Origin: Candidatus Limnocylindrales bacterium
GTDB taxonomy: Bacteria; Chloroflexota; Limnocylindria; Limnocylindrales; CSP1-4
DNA: 64,000 nt
Direction of reading: 5' to 3'
NCBI GenBank assembly: GCA_036404515.1
Contig: DASWZK010000016.1
Location: forward strand, 17,869 to 81,868
Of the stretch, positions 62,669 to 64,000 are shown piece by piece. The first letter of the stretch is position 1; each line of letters starts with the position of its first letter. Both the position numbers and the translations under genes were made by a program. The notes beneath the pieces are model-generated. The model was not told where the DNA came from, searched no databases, and saw only the letters and a list, made by a program, of their open reading frames with translations.

Positions 62669-63248
62669 CACAAGACCGGCGCGACTCCGCACCGGTCCCG
62701 GCGGGATGCGTCGCGACAGGGGCATCGGCCCCTACCGCGCGGCCAGGCCAGCGCGAGTGTCACCGCTGAGGTTCCCGGAGCGGGGTCTCCACTCAAGGTT
62801 GAATGCGACGCGAATTGGGTCGGCCGTGTGCGGGACAGTCCCGCCTTCACCGCGAACGAGTCGCGAACCTTTAGCCGCCATCGCTGCCTGCATCGTGCCT
62901 CCGGAGATCCCTGGCGCGAACGGGACCACATCAAGCTACGCCGGTTCATGGGGGACTGCAATACCCGATAGGATGGCACCCGGTTGGACGGCGTCCCCGG
63001 TCGGACCCGCCCGGATAAGCCCGCCTCGAGCGCCTGCCCTGCGAAACCTCGGCCACCCGAATCTCGCGACACACGTCGAACTGCGGAACTCCGTCCGACA
63101 GAAAGCACGGGCAGCATCGCGATGGAACGCCCGCCGCGTCGGGCTTCGCGGCAGCGGACCCAGCTACCTGAGAGTTGCGAGCGCTCGCGGTGGCCTGCCG
63201 CGCCAGCCGGACGCTCTCGGGTCGGTTGGACGGGCCGGGGCAGGCCCA

Positions 63249-64000
63249 TCAGGCGGCCACCAGCGAGCCCGCCCCGTCGACGATCGTCACGGGATACGCG
63301 CGGCCCCGCAGCCCGGTCCGGCGGGCGTACTCGCGGCTGACCGCCGCCCGGAGCGCGGGCACGGCGTCAGCAAGCACCAGATTGGCAGTGCAGCCCCCGT
63401 AGCCTGAACCGGTCATTCGGGCCGCGACCACACCGGGGACAGACCTGGCCACTTCGACCATCGCGTCCAGAGCCGGGGAGCTCACTTCATACCGGTCGCG
63501 CAACGAGTCGTGTGACTCGACAAAGAGTCGACCAAGCTCGTCCAGATCGCCCGACGCTAACGCCGCCGTCGCGGCCACGACTCTGGCGTTCTCCGAGATC
63601 ACGTGCTCGGCACGCCTGGCCACGTTCTCAGGCAGAAGGGTGCGGTAGCGGCGCAGTGATCGGACATCCAGGTCTCGCAGGGAGCACAACCCCGGAATCC
63701 GTTCGGCCAGCAGGGCCACGGCCCGAGCGCACTCGGCGCGGCGCGTGTCATAGACCGAGATGGGCAACTCGGAATTCGCACCCGTGTCGCAAACCACGAC
63801 ACGCAACCCAAACGGGAGAGCCACGTAGCGCGTGTCGAGGGAACGGCAGTCGAGGAGCAGCGCCTTGCCTTGGCGGCCGGCGGCGCACGCGAACTGGTCC
63901 GCTATTCCGCAGTTGACGCCGACGTATTCGAGCTCTGCCCGCTGAGCCAGCGCCGCGAGTGCCGGCCCGGCGAGGATTCCGGCGCCGCCGAGCAGTGCCA
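63249..64000 (-). CDS. galK: galactokinase (GHMP kinase), C-terminal part; N-terminus beyond window end
   Basis: GHMP motif ARMTGSGYGGC and galactokinase C-terminal domain. The reading frame continues open to position 64000. Confidence 0.75.
   Translation of the reverse strand, partial: ALLGGAGILAGPALAALAQRAELEYVGVNCGIADQFACAAGRQGKALLLDCRSLDTRYVALPFGLRVVVCDTGANSELPISVYDTRRAECARAVALLAERIPGLCSLRDLDVRSLRRYRTLLPENVARRAEHVISENARVVAATAALASGDLDELGRLFVESHDSLRDRYEVSSPALDAMVEVARSVPGVVAARMTGSGYGGCTANLVLADAVPALRAAVSREYARRTGLRGRAYPVTIVDGAGSLVAA

Overview
This is 64 kb of a very GC-rich bacterial chromosome. By eye the GC content is roughly 68-72% and coding third positions are almost all G/C; I did not compute this. 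The window is densely coding and mostly core genes. I did not find a convincing novel defence-type system; everything flagged below is a hypothesis.

Gene content points to a high-GC Gram-positive-like lineage (Actinobacteria- or Chloroflexi-like), but I cannot name a taxon. The supporting features are a ~1100-aa UPF0182 membrane protein, a YhaO/YhaN (SbcE/SbcF)-type Mre11/SMC-like pair, radC-mreB-mreC synteny, and a Wbp-type di-N-acetylated uronic-acid sugar cluster.

I call about 58 protein genes, one tRNA-Pro(UGG), one partial tRNA-Pro-like copy and two pseudogene candidates. I see no rRNA, CRISPR array, transposase or integrase.

Main functional blocks, in order:
- MarR regulator, citrate synthase, MFS transporter
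- sbcEF-like DNA repair pair
- a small redox/methyltransferase cluster
- metH, a rhodanese, guaA
- UPF0182 membrane protein and a membrane partner
- radC-mreB-mreC
- dTDP-sugar (rfbABD-like) genes and wbpD/E/B/A/I-like genes plus a GT4 glycosyltransferase
- SurA-like PPIase, mazG, rph, rdgB, and a frameshifted macro-domain gene
- a divergently organised carbohydrate catabolic locus: solute-binding-protein ABC transporter, DeoR, mutarotase-like protein, archaeal-type TIM, YjbQ, class I aldolase, FGGY kinase, AraA/FucI-family isomerase, GH1 beta-glucosidase and a galK fragment

The most unusual things I see:
- an AT-richer ~1.8 kb islet around tRNA-Pro, carrying an orphan gene and a diverged partial tRNA-Pro copy
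- a macro-domain gene broken by a 1-nt deletion
- metH lacking any canonical start codon upstream of its conserved first beta-strand
- a degenerate GGDEF membrane protein
- a tail-anchored beta-helical repeat protein inside the envelope sugar cluster
- a sugar locus using archaeal-type TIM and a class I aldolase

The many long antisense ORFs in the track are GC-content artefacts.
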